IMG/VR virus record: IMGVR_UViG_3300021387_000104
Span: 3,409 to 67,408 of that record
Length of the DNA: 64,000 nt
DNA from: a virus
Lineage: Duplodnaviria > Caudoviricetes
Reading direction: 5' to 3' (one strand)
A model generated the notes under the pieces. It had not been told where the DNA came from, searched no databases, and saw only the letters and a list, made by a program, of their open reading frames with translations. Positions 46,188 to 54,876 of the stretch are shown here, one piece after another. Each line of letters opens with the position of its first letter. Position 1 is the first letter of the stretch. Position numbers and translations under genes: made by a program.

Positions 46188-47876
46188 GTGGCTTTGGAAG
46201 CTGACACGATCAGAAGCGACGGCATCACGAAACCGTCCAGCCTCTTCGGGCGGCGTCAGATTTTCACTGACGAGACTGAGATCACGCGGGAAAACGTACT
46301 CAGCGTACTGAGCAAGGCGCTGGCGGTGCATCAGCGTAACCGGATCGAGGAAAAGTACCTTGAATGGTATGTGCGCGGCAATCAGCCGATTCGCAACCGT
46401 GTAAAGGAAGTCAATTCCAACATCAACAACAAGGTCGTCGTGAACATTGCCAACCAGATTGTCACGTTCAAGACGGCCGAGTTCGCGGGTGAGCCGATCC
46501 AGTACGTGTCCCGTGGCCGCAAGAAGAGCGTGCCGAAGAAGATCGAACAGTTGAACTCCATGATGCTTTCCGAAAAGAAGCAAAGCAAGGATATGGAGCT
46601 TGCCTACATGATGTTCACGTGCGGCGTGGGCTATCGCCTTGTCACGCACGATGCGCACGGTATGGCTGATGAACTGTACGATGAAGCGCCGTTTGAAATC
46701 TATGTGCCGAATCCGCAGAACACATTCGTGGTTCGTCTGAACGACGTGAGCAAGCGCGTCGTGATGGGCGTGACGTATGTGAACAAGATCGGCTCAAATG
46801 ACGGCGGCATCAGGTATACGGTGTACACGGACAACGTGACGTATACCATCGACGGCAACCTTGAACGTGCCAGCGCTATTGTCAATGAAGTGCACCACAA
46901 CTTCGGCATGGTTCCCATGATCGAGTACCCATGCAATCCGCTTTATATGAGTCCGATTGAAGTGGTACATGACCTGCTGAACGCCATTTCATTGACACAG
47001 AGCAACCGTCTGGACGGCATTGAGCAGTTTATACAGGCCATCATGGTCTTTGAGGGCGTAGACATCACCCGCGACCAATTCCTCGAACTGAAAGACCTTG
47101 GCGCGCTTAAACTGCCTCCGTCCACCGATGGACACACCAGCAGGGTCTACTACCTGAACGAACAGTTGGACCAGAGCCAGACGCAGACGCTCGTTGACGA
47201 CATGTATCAGACGGTATTGCAGATCGTCGGTATGCCGTCTCAGGGCAACGCGAACACGTCCGACAGTTCCAACAACGGCGCGATCATCATGAAAAACGGC
47301 TGGTGGAACGCCGAAGCCCGCGCTCTTGAAACCGAGGGCATGTGGAAGGCGGCTGAAACTGAGTTCTTGAAGGTCGTGCTGAAGATTTGCCAGCAGACGG
47401 AAACGCTCACCGGGCTGGTCGTGTCAGACCTTGAACCGAAGTTTGGCCGCAGGAGTTACGAAGACCTGCTTACGAAAACGCAGTCCTTCAGTACGCTACG
47501 TTCCGCGCAGATGCCGGCGATTCAGGCGTTCAAGTTCAGCCGCCTCAGTAAAGACCCTGAGAGCGACGCCATGGTATTCGACGCATATCAGGAAGAACGC
47601 GCAAAGCAGCTTGATGATGCGAACGGCGTTGACGCAAGCGGCGGAGGTGGCGGAGTCAGCGGTGGTTCGGTCACTTCCTTCGGTGATAGCGTTGATGACA
47701 AACAGGCGTATTCCGGTTCGATTACCGGTACGGGTCATCCGGAAGGCAAGACTGCGGTATGCCCTGTGTGCCATAGAACCTTTGTGAAGCGCACGAACAA
47801 TCAGGTGTATGACCGAACTGTGTGCCGTAACAAGGCGAAGAACAGCGGCGCGTATGACAAGCCGAGAGAGGCGTGA
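46188..47876 (+). CDS. Portal protein (SPP1 gp6-like)
   Basis: GGGAGG RBS with GTG start; NKVVVNIA.QIV.F...F.GEPIQY and VP.IEY; follows terL. Confidence 0.88.
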   Translation: MALEADTIRSDGITKPSSLFGRRQIFTDETEITRENVLSVLSKALAVHQRNRIEEKYLEWYVRGNQPIRNRVKEVNSNINNKVVVNIANQIVTFKTAEFAGEPIQYVSRGRKKSVPKKIEQLNSMMLSEKKQSKDMELAYMMFTCGVGYRLVTHDAHGMADELYDEAPFEIYVPNPQNTFVVRLNDVSKRVVMGVTYVNKIGSNDGGIRYTVYTDNVTYTIDGNLERASAIVNEVHHNFGMVPMIEYPCNPLYMSPIEVVHDLLNAISLTQSNRLDGIEQFIQAIMVFEGVDITRDQFLELKDLGALKLPPSTDGHTSRVYYLNEQLDQSQTQTLVDDMYQTVLQIVGMPSQGNANTSDSSNNGAIIMKNGWWNAEARALETEGMWKAAETEFLKVVLKICQQTETLTGLVVSDLEPKFGRRSYEDLLTKTQSFSTLRSAQMPAIQAFKFSRLSKDPESDAMVFDAYQEERAKQLDDANGVDASGGGGGVSGGSVTSFGDSVDDKQAYSGSITGTGHPEGKTAVCPVCHRTFVKRTNNQVYDRTVCRNKAKNSGAYDKPREA

Positions 47877-48514
47877 GTATGAAACTGTACGGTACTGCCG
47901 ACAAGTTCATATCCATGATCAACCGGAGAATCCTGAAAGTGTTTGACCGTCTGCGGCTGATGAAGAAGGACGAACTCAACATCATCCGCGAGGTATCTGA
48001 AGCATACGACAGCACTGCGGCAAGGGCACGCGCCAACTACTTTGAAATCGCGTATGAGGCGTACATTGTGGCGCTGATCCAAGCGCACAAGACCAACGGC
48101 GAAGCGACCAGCATGGCGGAGCAGGACATCAACCTTGATTGGGTGGATGAAATGCTTGAAGAAACAGACTTTGTGACGCTGTACAGGTTCAACAACGAAA
48201 AGGAACGCAAGAAGCAACGTCTGGTTGAGGCGCTGGCTGTTCCGGAACAGTGGAACACTGAAATCGACAAGGCTACGCGGTACTGGTCGTTGCAGTTGGG
48301 GCAGTACGCCATCAACGCGGTTGACAGGGCGAGACTCGACGCGTTCAGACGGGCCGGTGTAAAAAAGGTGAAGTGGAACACGGAAAAAGACCAGCGCGTG
48401 TGCCCCACGTGCCACAGTCTGGACGGCAGGGTGTTTGACATCGAGGACGCTCCGCCAAAGGCTCATATCCAGTGCAGATGTTTTTATACGATTGCAGACG
48501 AGTTTAAAAACTGA
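47873..48514 (+). CDS. Minor head/head morphogenesis protein (Mu gpF/SPP1 gp7-like)
   Basis: W.T.KD.RVC..C..LDG...PP..H..CRC. Confidence 0.8.
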   Translation: MSMKLYGTADKFISMINRRILKVFDRLRLMKKDELNIIREVSEAYDSTAARARANYFEIAYEAYIVALIQAHKTNGEATSMAEQDINLDWVDEMLEETDFVTLYRFNNEKERKKQRLVEALAVPEQWNTEIDKATRYWSLQLGQYAINAVDRARLDAFRRAGVKKVKWNTEKDQRVCPTCHSLDGRVFDIEDAPPKAHIQCRCFYTIADEFKN

Positions 48515-48608
48515 AACAACTTTGGCGGATAGATCGACGGGTCGAAAAGTGGAGTGCCTTGCCACCTGCCGCCAATTAAAAAAGGCAAACCTATTAGGAG
48601 GCAATAGG

Positions 48609-49286
48609 ATGGCTATTAAAGATATTTCCGGTCAGCGTTTCGGGAGACTTACTGCTATCGCGTATACCGGAAGAAAAACAGAACCTGGGGGGAATTCTAT
48701 TTGGTTATTTAAGTGTGATTGCGGGAATTATGTCGAACGTCCAAACTCAAACGTGACATGTGTTTCAAAAGTTCCAAGTTGTGGATGCTACATTAGAGAA
48801 CGTGCTGGCAATTTGAACAAGACTCATGGTGGACGACACGAACGTCTTTATCTTGTATGGATGGATATGAGACGCCGGTGCTATGACAAAAAGGACTCAA
48901 ATTACAGCAACTATGGTGGTCGAGGGATAACCGTTTGTGAAGAATGGAAAGATTATTCAAAGTTTAGAGAATGGGCAATCTCAACAGGGTACAACAAAGA
49001 AGCAAAACAACAATCATGTACGATTGACAGGATTGACAGCAATGGCAACTACACTCCGGAAAATTGTAGGTGGGCAGACTCAGTAATTCAAAACAACAAC
49101 AAGAAAAACAACATTGTTATTGAGTATAAGGGAAAGAAACAAACGCTTCCGGAATGGTCGAGAGAACTCGGATTCAAGTATTCGTTGGTTTTGAAAAGAC
49201 TGTCAACAGGATGGGACTTCGAGAGAGCGATTACTCAAGAACCAAGAGTATGTAAGAAAAGAGATTGTTCACGGCTATGCCGTTGA
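48609..49286 (+). CDS. HNH-family homing endonuclease
   Basis: DISGQRFGRLTA, FKCDCG, SCGC and TIDRIDSNGNYTPENCRW. Confidence 0.82.
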   Translation: MAIKDISGQRFGRLTAIAYTGRKTEPGGNSIWLFKCDCGNYVERPNSNVTCVSKVPSCGCYIRERAGNLNKTHGGRHERLYLVWMDMRRRCYDKKDSNYSNYGGRGITVCEEWKDYSKFREWAISTGYNKEAKQQSCTIDRIDSNGNYTPENCRWADSVIQNNNKKNNIVIEYKGKKQTLPEWSRELGFKYSLVLKRLSTGWDFERAITQEPRVCKKRDCSRLCR

Positions 49287-49407
49287 ATATATCGTCGCAG
49301 AGAAGCGACGTTAAACAATTCGCAAGTCGCCAGAGAAGGCGGGATATAAGTATCGCAGACTTTCAAAATGGTGGGAGATCACCTAAAAGCGCAAAGGAGA
49401 GATGACC

Positions 49408-49992
49408 ATGGCTGAAAACGAGAACATGCCCGAAGTTCAGACACCAGAAACGATTGCACCCGTTTCCGCAGAAACCGATGAGCAGAACGCCAACAGCAAC
49501 GAAGAACTTTCCAAGATGAAAGCCGAGCTTGCCAAAATGAAGGCGGCGCTGGACAACGCGACAAAGGAAGCGGGTGACTACCGCAAGCAGCTGCGGGCAA
49601 AGCAGTCTGCTGAAGAAATCGCCGCCGAGGAAAAGAAGGCGGCAGAGGAAGCGACGCGGCAGGAAATTGAGCAGCTTCGCAGGGAAGTCGCCAAGACCAA
49701 TACCATCAAAAGCGTAATGGGCAAGCTTGGTACTGACGAGGAAGTTTCAAGCAAGATCGCCGAATGTCTGTACGGCGCAGAGGATGTTGACGCTGTTCTG
49801 ACAGAAATTCAGCGCGCGTGGACAGCCAGAGAAAAGGCTCTCAGACTGGAGTTTGGCAAGATTCCTGCACCAGGCGTAGGCGGGACGGATGGTGAAGAAA
49901 ACGTAGCCATCACACGCGCCCGCAACATCGGCAAGGAAAAAGCCGAGGCGAACATCAAGGCTCAGGAAGCGATGAAAGCGTATATGCGCTGA
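49408..49992 (+). CDS. Capsid scaffolding protein
   Basis: Ala/Glu/Lys-rich coiled coil located before the decoration and capsid genes. Confidence 0.75.
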   Translation: MAENENMPEVQTPETIAPVSAETDEQNANSNEELSKMKAELAKMKAALDNATKEAGDYRKQLRAKQSAEEIAAEEKKAAEEATRQEIEQLRREVAKTNTIKSVMGKLGTDEEVSSKIAECLYGAEDVDAVLTEIQRAWTAREKALRLEFGKIPAPGVGGTDGEENVAITRARNIGKEKAEANIKAQEAMKAYMR

Positions 49993-50098
49993 TTCACTTT
50001 ATAAATGCGGCAACTGCCGCGAATACTAACGGCGCACAGCGCATCCACATGAAGGGTGTTGCTGTGCGTTTTTCTATCTCAAGAAAGGAGAGATACGA

Positions 50099-50449
50099 AT
50101 GATTTTCAATGAAACCCCCATCGCAGGCGGCGTGGAAATCCTCGCCTCCAAAGACTTTCAGGCGATCCCCGTGAAGGTTGCCACCCCTTCCGGTGAGGGC
50201 GTAACCACCACCGTTGTCAAGGCTGGCACCCCCCTGACCGCCGCTGGCGCGTCTACCACCGGTACCGGTGCTGTTGGCGTGCTGCTGTATGACGTGGACA
50301 CTGCCGTCAATCCCAATGGCGCGGCTGTTGTGCATGGCATTATCGACGCCACCAAGGCGCAGGCGCATTCCGGAGTGACCTATGCCGCCGCCCTGTACAC
50401 TGCGCTGCCCGGTGTTGTGTTCCGCACCAACATTGGCGTGAACGCTTAA
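50099..50449 (+). CDS. Head decoration protein
   Basis: VKAGTPL...GVLLYDVD; position before the major capsid gene. Confidence 0.7.
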   Translation: MIFNETPIAGGVEILASKDFQAIPVKVATPSGEGVTTTVVKAGTPLTAAGASTTGTGAVGVLLYDVDTAVNPNGAAVVHGIIDATKAQAHSGVTYAAALYTALPGVVFRTNIGVNA

Positions 50450-50467
50450 TAGGAGGAGGGACGAAAT

Positions 50468-51538
50468 ATGAATCTGTTTGAACTTTTCAGCCCCGCTGCG
50501 ATTGCGGCTAACTGGACTGAAGCCGCCAGCAACCGCATCCCCTATCTGGGCGAAGCGCTGTTCCCCGCCAAGAAGAAGGCCGGTCTTGACCTGAAGTGGA
50601 TCAAGGGTGCGAAGGGTGTTCCGATTTCTCTGATGCCCACCGCTTTTGACGCGAAGGCCACCTTCCGTGACCGGATCGGCATTGAGAAGCTGGAAACCGA
50701 AATGCCCTTCTTCCGTGAGGGCTTCAAGATCAAGGAACGCGACCGTCAGGACATCCTGCGCGCGCTGGATTCCAACGATCCCTACGCCGCCGCCGCCATC
50801 GCCCGTGTCTTCGACGATTCCACAGAACTGATCGAAGGCGCGAACGTTGTGCCTGAGCGTGAGCGTATGCAGCTTTTGTTCCCCATCAACGGCAATGCCG
50901 GCATCACAATCAAGGCGAACGGCGTTGACTACACCTATAACTACGACCCCAACGGCACCTGGAAGACGAACAACTACTTCGCCCTGTCCGGCACCGCCCT
51001 GTGGACTGCTCCTTCGACCGCCGACCCCTTCAACGACATCCAGACTGCGAAGGACGCCGTGCGTGCCCGCACCGGCACTGACCTCAGCATTGCCGTGATG
51101 AACAACGCCACCTTCAAGCTTCTGCGCAGCATCAACGCCATCAAGAACCGTTATCTGAGCACCAACGGTCTGTCGCTTGGCTACCTGACCGACAACGAGA
51201 TTATCGCTGTTCTGAAGGATGCCGCCGGTCTCAATGGCGTGGTGGTGTACGACAAGCAGTACCGCAATGAGAGCAAGGTTGCCGCGAAGTTCGTTCCCGA
51301 CGGCTATGTGGCCCTGCTGCCCGAAGGCGCGCTGGGCGCTACCTGGTACGGCACGACTCCCGAGGAAGCCGACCTGATGGGCAAGACCGACGCGCAGGTC
51401 GCGCTGGTGAACACCGGTGTCGCCCTGACTCAGATCATTGACCAGCATCCCGTGAACGTGAACACCTTCGCGTCCGAAATCGTGCTGCCCAGCTTCGAGC
51501 GCATGGACGAATTTGCCCTTCTGAAAGTTATCGCTTGA
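50468..51538 (+). CDS. Major capsid protein (lambda gpE-like family)
   Basis: 356 aa, GGAGGAGG RBS, strong codon bias; YLGEALFP and MPFFRE motifs. Confidence 0.88.
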   Translation: MNLFELFSPAAIAANWTEAASNRIPYLGEALFPAKKKAGLDLKWIKGAKGVPISLMPTAFDAKATFRDRIGIEKLETEMPFFREGFKIKERDRQDILRALDSNDPYAAAAIARVFDDSTELIEGANVVPERERMQLLFPINGNAGITIKANGVDYTYNYDPNGTWKTNNYFALSGTALWTAPSTADPFNDIQTAKDAVRARTGTDLSIAVMNNATFKLLRSINAIKNRYLSTNGLSLGYLTDNEIIAVLKDAAGLNGVVVYDKQYRNESKVAAKFVPDGYVALLPEGALGATWYGTTPEEADLMGKTDAQVALVNTGVALTQIIDQHPVNVNTFASEIVLPSFERMDEFALLKVIA

Positions 51539-51554
51539 TAGGCGGTGACAAAGG

Positions 51555-51722
51555 ATGAAGGTCAAGGCTGAACACTGGATCAACGTAAACGGCACTTGGC
51601 ATCAGCCGGGGGAGGTATACGAGACGGACGAGCAATCGCCCGTCCCGACCGCCCACGAAGATAAGGAAGCAAACGGCGATGAAGCGCCGCGCCGTGGACG
51701 CAAGCGTAAGGCTGAAGAATGA
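51555..51722 (+). CDS. Small post-capsid protein
   Basis: MKVKAEHWINVNGTWHQPGEVYE...RRGRKRK. Confidence 0.55.
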   Translation: MKVKAEHWINVNGTWHQPGEVYETDEQSPVPTAHEDKEANGDEAPRRGRKRKAEE

Positions 51723-51740
51723 GCAAAGGAGGGAAGCAAA

Positions 51741-52064
51741 ATGACGGACGCTGAGATGCTTCAAGAACTGAGAAACGTGACTGACAGCAAGGATGACGAA
51801 CGCATTTTGCTTTTCTTTCTTGCTTCTGCGAAAAGGCGGATTCTGAACAGGATGTACCCATACGCGCAAAACTACTCAGACCTGAAAGTGCCTGAAAAGT
51901 ATCAGAGCATACAGATCGAGGTAGCCGCGTTCCTGATGAACAAGCGCGGGGCGGAGGGCGAAGTGCAGCACAACGAGAACGGCGTCAGCCGCACGTATGG
52001 CGGCGCGGACGTACCGCCTTCCATGTTGGCTGAAATCACCCCCATGTGCGCGTTGCCGGAGTGA
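51741..52064 (+). CDS. Head-tail connector (adaptor)
   Basis: NKRGAEGEVQHNENGVSRTY. Confidence 0.8.
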   Translation: MTDAEMLQELRNVTDSKDDERILLFFLASAKRRILNRMYPYAQNYSDLKVPEKYQSIQIEVAAFLMNKRGAEGEVQHNENGVSRTYGGADVPPSMLAEITPMCALPE

Positions 52065-52068
52065 TGCC

Positions 52069-52446
52069 ATGAGACTGCTGAAACGCAACCTAAAGCCGTT
52101 CGAGTACCGCGCGTATGCGGGAAAAGAGGAAATCATGACTGCCAATATGCGCCACACGGGAAACTACAAAGCCAAGTATGCAGACCCTGTTCAGTACATG
52201 GGCAGTTTCTCAGAAGCGCGCGGGTATGCGTCGCAGAAGGTGTTCGGATGGAACGCCAACTATACGCACGTGCTGTTGGTGGATGACACGACAGCCGAAA
52301 TCAAGGAAAACGGTCTGGTCAGTTTTGAAGAAAACACCTACACCATCACTTCGGTCGTGCCATCTCAAAACTACCTGTCCGTCGCGCTCAAATTGCGGAC
52401 TAAGAACACCGTTCCGGAGGATGAGTTGAATGCCGTCAAAGACCAT
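52069..52446 (+). CDS. Head closure protein
   Basis: Gene order and beta-rich sequence. Confidence 0.6.
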
Positions 52447-52981
52447 CTCCTTCTCTCTTGACGCAGGTTCTGTCGAAAGGGCGATTCGGGAAGTCGAACG
52501 CTATGCCGAAGAACTTAGGTCAAAGATGGGAGAGCTTATACAGCGGCTTGTTGATGATGGAAAAAATATTGCAAAGGCACAGATTGTACAGTACGACGCC
52601 ATCTTTACAAGCTCTCTTTTAAGCAGCATAGACGGCTATTACAACGAAGACACGCGAACTGGATTCATTGTCGCCGGTGCACCGCACGCCATATTCGTTG
52701 AATACGGCACAGGCATTGTTGGCGCAGGCTCAAGCCACCCTGAAATGGATGGTATGTGGGCACCACCGCCTGGTGAATACACCAAGTACGACACGAATGA
52801 GCACGGTTCGGCTGGCTGGTGGTATCCGGCTCTTCATGGCTGGTACATTCCGAAACATGGCGACGGCTCTGTAAAACTTGCGTGGACATCAGGTATGCGG
52901 TCGAGACCGTTCATGTACGGAACGTTCAAGCAATTGGAACGGCTTTCAGTGGACATATACAACGAATTGTTCAGCAAATGA
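52430..52981 (+). CDS. HK97 gp10-like neck/tail-component protein
   Basis: AIFVEYGTG...GM.SRPFM. Confidence 0.75.
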   Translation: MPSKTISFSLDAGSVERAIREVERYAEELRSKMGELIQRLVDDGKNIAKAQIVQYDAIFTSSLLSSIDGYYNEDTRTGFIVAGAPHAIFVEYGTGIVGAGSSHPEMDGMWAPPPGEYTKYDTNEHGSAGWWYPALHGWYIPKHGDGSVKLAWTSGMRSRPFMYGTFKQLERLSVDIYNELFSK

Positions 52982-52997
52982 CGGGAGGTGAGCACAG

Positions 52998-53390
52998 ATG
53001 ATCGACGCCGAGGTTGATGTGTTCGATTCTGTCTATAAAGCGGTTCAGTTCTTGTTCCCAGAAGGCTGTTTCACATCCGAGTATACGCCATCCCCGCCGG
53101 CGCTTCCCCATGCGTGCCTGAAAGAAGAGGATAACTACACTGACGACAATCTTCAGGACTCATCCGGAAATGAGCGCTTCGCAAATCTTATGTACACGGC
53201 AAATGTGTATGCGGAAGACAAGTTCCAGTGCCGGAAACTGATGAACGCGATTGACACAAAAATGCTGGCTCTTGGGTTCAGACGGATGTCATTGCGTCCG
53301 GTCGATAACGCGGCGGACACATCCATCTACCGCATCGTGGCGCAGTGGCGCGGCAAGGTAAACCAGGATAAGACCATATTCCGTTTTTAA
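52998..53390 (+). CDS. Tail terminator/completion protein
   Basis: Gene order; LGFRRMS...IYRIVAQW. Confidence 0.65.
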   Translation: MIDAEVDVFDSVYKAVQFLFPEGCFTSEYTPSPPALPHACLKEEDNYTDDNLQDSSGNERFANLMYTANVYAEDKFQCRKLMNAIDTKMLALGFRRMSLRPVDNAADTSIYRIVAQWRGKVNQDKTIFRF

Positions 53391-53453
53391 TCCGAAGAAT
53401 CGCATTTAAGGATTTCCAGATACACCAACAAACCTACAGAAAGGATGATTGCA

Positions 53454-53903
53454 ATGGCAGCTTCTACCACCCCTATTTCCACCTACCGCACCTACCTGAT
53501 GTATAAGGCCGACGGAAGTTCTGATTACACCAAACTGTGCGACATCAAGAGCTTCCCAGACATGGGCGGCGAACCTGAGCGCATCGACGTGACGAGTTTG
53601 AGCGACGGTCAGCGCAAGTACATTCCCGGCGTGCAGGATATCTCTTCCAGCACCTTTACGGCAAACTACGTAGCCGCTGACCTCCAGAAGATCAACGCCC
53701 TGACCGGCAAACAGACGCAGTTTGCGCTGTGGTTCGGCGCTACCGGCGATGTCGGTCAGGAAGTGCCCAGCGGCTCGGACGGTCAGTATGAGTGGACCGG
53801 CGACATCATGGCGTATGTCAACGGCGGCGACGTGAACAGCGCGGTCGAAATGACCATCGTCACCTTCCCGACCACCGCGTTTGTGCTGACCGTGCCCACC
53901 TGA
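53454..53903 (+). CDS. Major tail (tube) protein
   Basis: PDMGGEPERIDVTSL.D..RKYIPG. Confidence 0.82.
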   Translation: MAASTTPISTYRTYLMYKADGSSDYTKLCDIKSFPDMGGEPERIDVTSLSDGQRKYIPGVQDISSSTFTANYVAADLQKINALTGKQTQFALWFGATGDVGQEVPSGSDGQYEWTGDIMAYVNGGDVNSAVEMTIVTFPTTAFVLTVPT

Positions 53904-54058
53904 TCGCATACAGTCACAAACACAAATAACGGCGCAGCAATATGAACAAGCGAAGAACAGCGGCTAAAACCGCCGCAAGCGGTCGTGATAACGACAAAAC
54001 AGCGGATCAATCCGCAAATAATCATCTTCATGATGAACAAACAGGAGGGTATTTCAAA

Positions 54059-54391
54059 ATGTCCAAGAGACTGATTCTGACCGACAAGGAAGGCAACAAG
54101 TACACGCTTGAGTTCAACCGCATTACCGTTGACCGTATGCAGCGCAACGGCTTTGTTCTGGACACGGACCGTCTTTACATGTCCGCGAAGGATCTGATTT
54201 CCGGCGCGTTCCGTATGCATCATCGCGGCATGGAATGGCCTGAGATCGAAAAGGTATGGAAGGCGCAGAACCGCCGAGACGAACTGCTGAAGAAGCTGGT
54301 TGAAATGTTCTACGCGCCCACTATTGACCTGATGGGCACTGCGGACGAGAAGGACGAAGAAGAAAACCCTACCTGGGCGGAAGAGACCTGA
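54059..54391 (+). CDS. Tail assembly chaperone
   Basis: GGAGGG RBS; lies between the tube and tape measure genes. Confidence 0.72.
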   Translation: MSKRLILTDKEGNKYTLEFNRITVDRMQRNGFVLDTDRLYMSAKDLISGAFRMHHRGMEWPEIEKVWKAQNRRDELLKKLVEMFYAPTIDLMGTADEKDEEENPTWAEET

Positions 54392-54432
54392 CCCAAGGCG
54401 ATGGCGCGGAAAAGCCGAAAACGGTATCCGAA

Positions 54433-54876
54433 TTGTATCACGAGGCTTTTCCGCACTATCTCGCCATGGGCATGACGTGGGAACAATTCTGGGAACAGGA
54501 CAGCGCCCTCGTTAAGGACTACCGCGAAGCGAAACGACTTAGGATCGACGAAGAAAACTACGTTGCCTGGTTGCACGGACTATACATATATGAAGCATTG
54601 TGCAACGCGTCACCGCTGTTCAGGGCGTTCAGCAAGTCCGGTACGACCGCAAGACCGTACCCGGACAAGCCGCATGAGCTTGAACGGCGAAAGCGCATGA
54701 CGGAAAAAGAGGAAAACGAACAGAAGATGCGCGATGGCATGGCGTACATGCAACGTATGACCGCAAGATTCAATCAGGCGTTCTATCAGAAACAGAAGGC
54801 AATGGAACTTGCAGGGAAACAAACAATAGCCGTGCAGAAAGGAGAGACCAAGGATGGCGGACACACCAACGCTTGA
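54433..54876 (+). CDS. Second tail assembly chaperone ORF (probable -1 frameshift extension)
   Basis: The -1 frame relative to the upstream gene is open from 54328; no good RBS or ATG. Confidence 0.6.
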   Translation: MYHEAFPHYLAMGMTWEQFWEQDSALVKDYREAKRLRIDEENYVAWLHGLYIYEALCNASPLFRAFSKSGTTARPYPDKPHELERRKRMTEKEENEQKMRDGMAYMQRMTARFNQAFYQKQKAMELAGKQTIAVQKGETKDGGHTNA

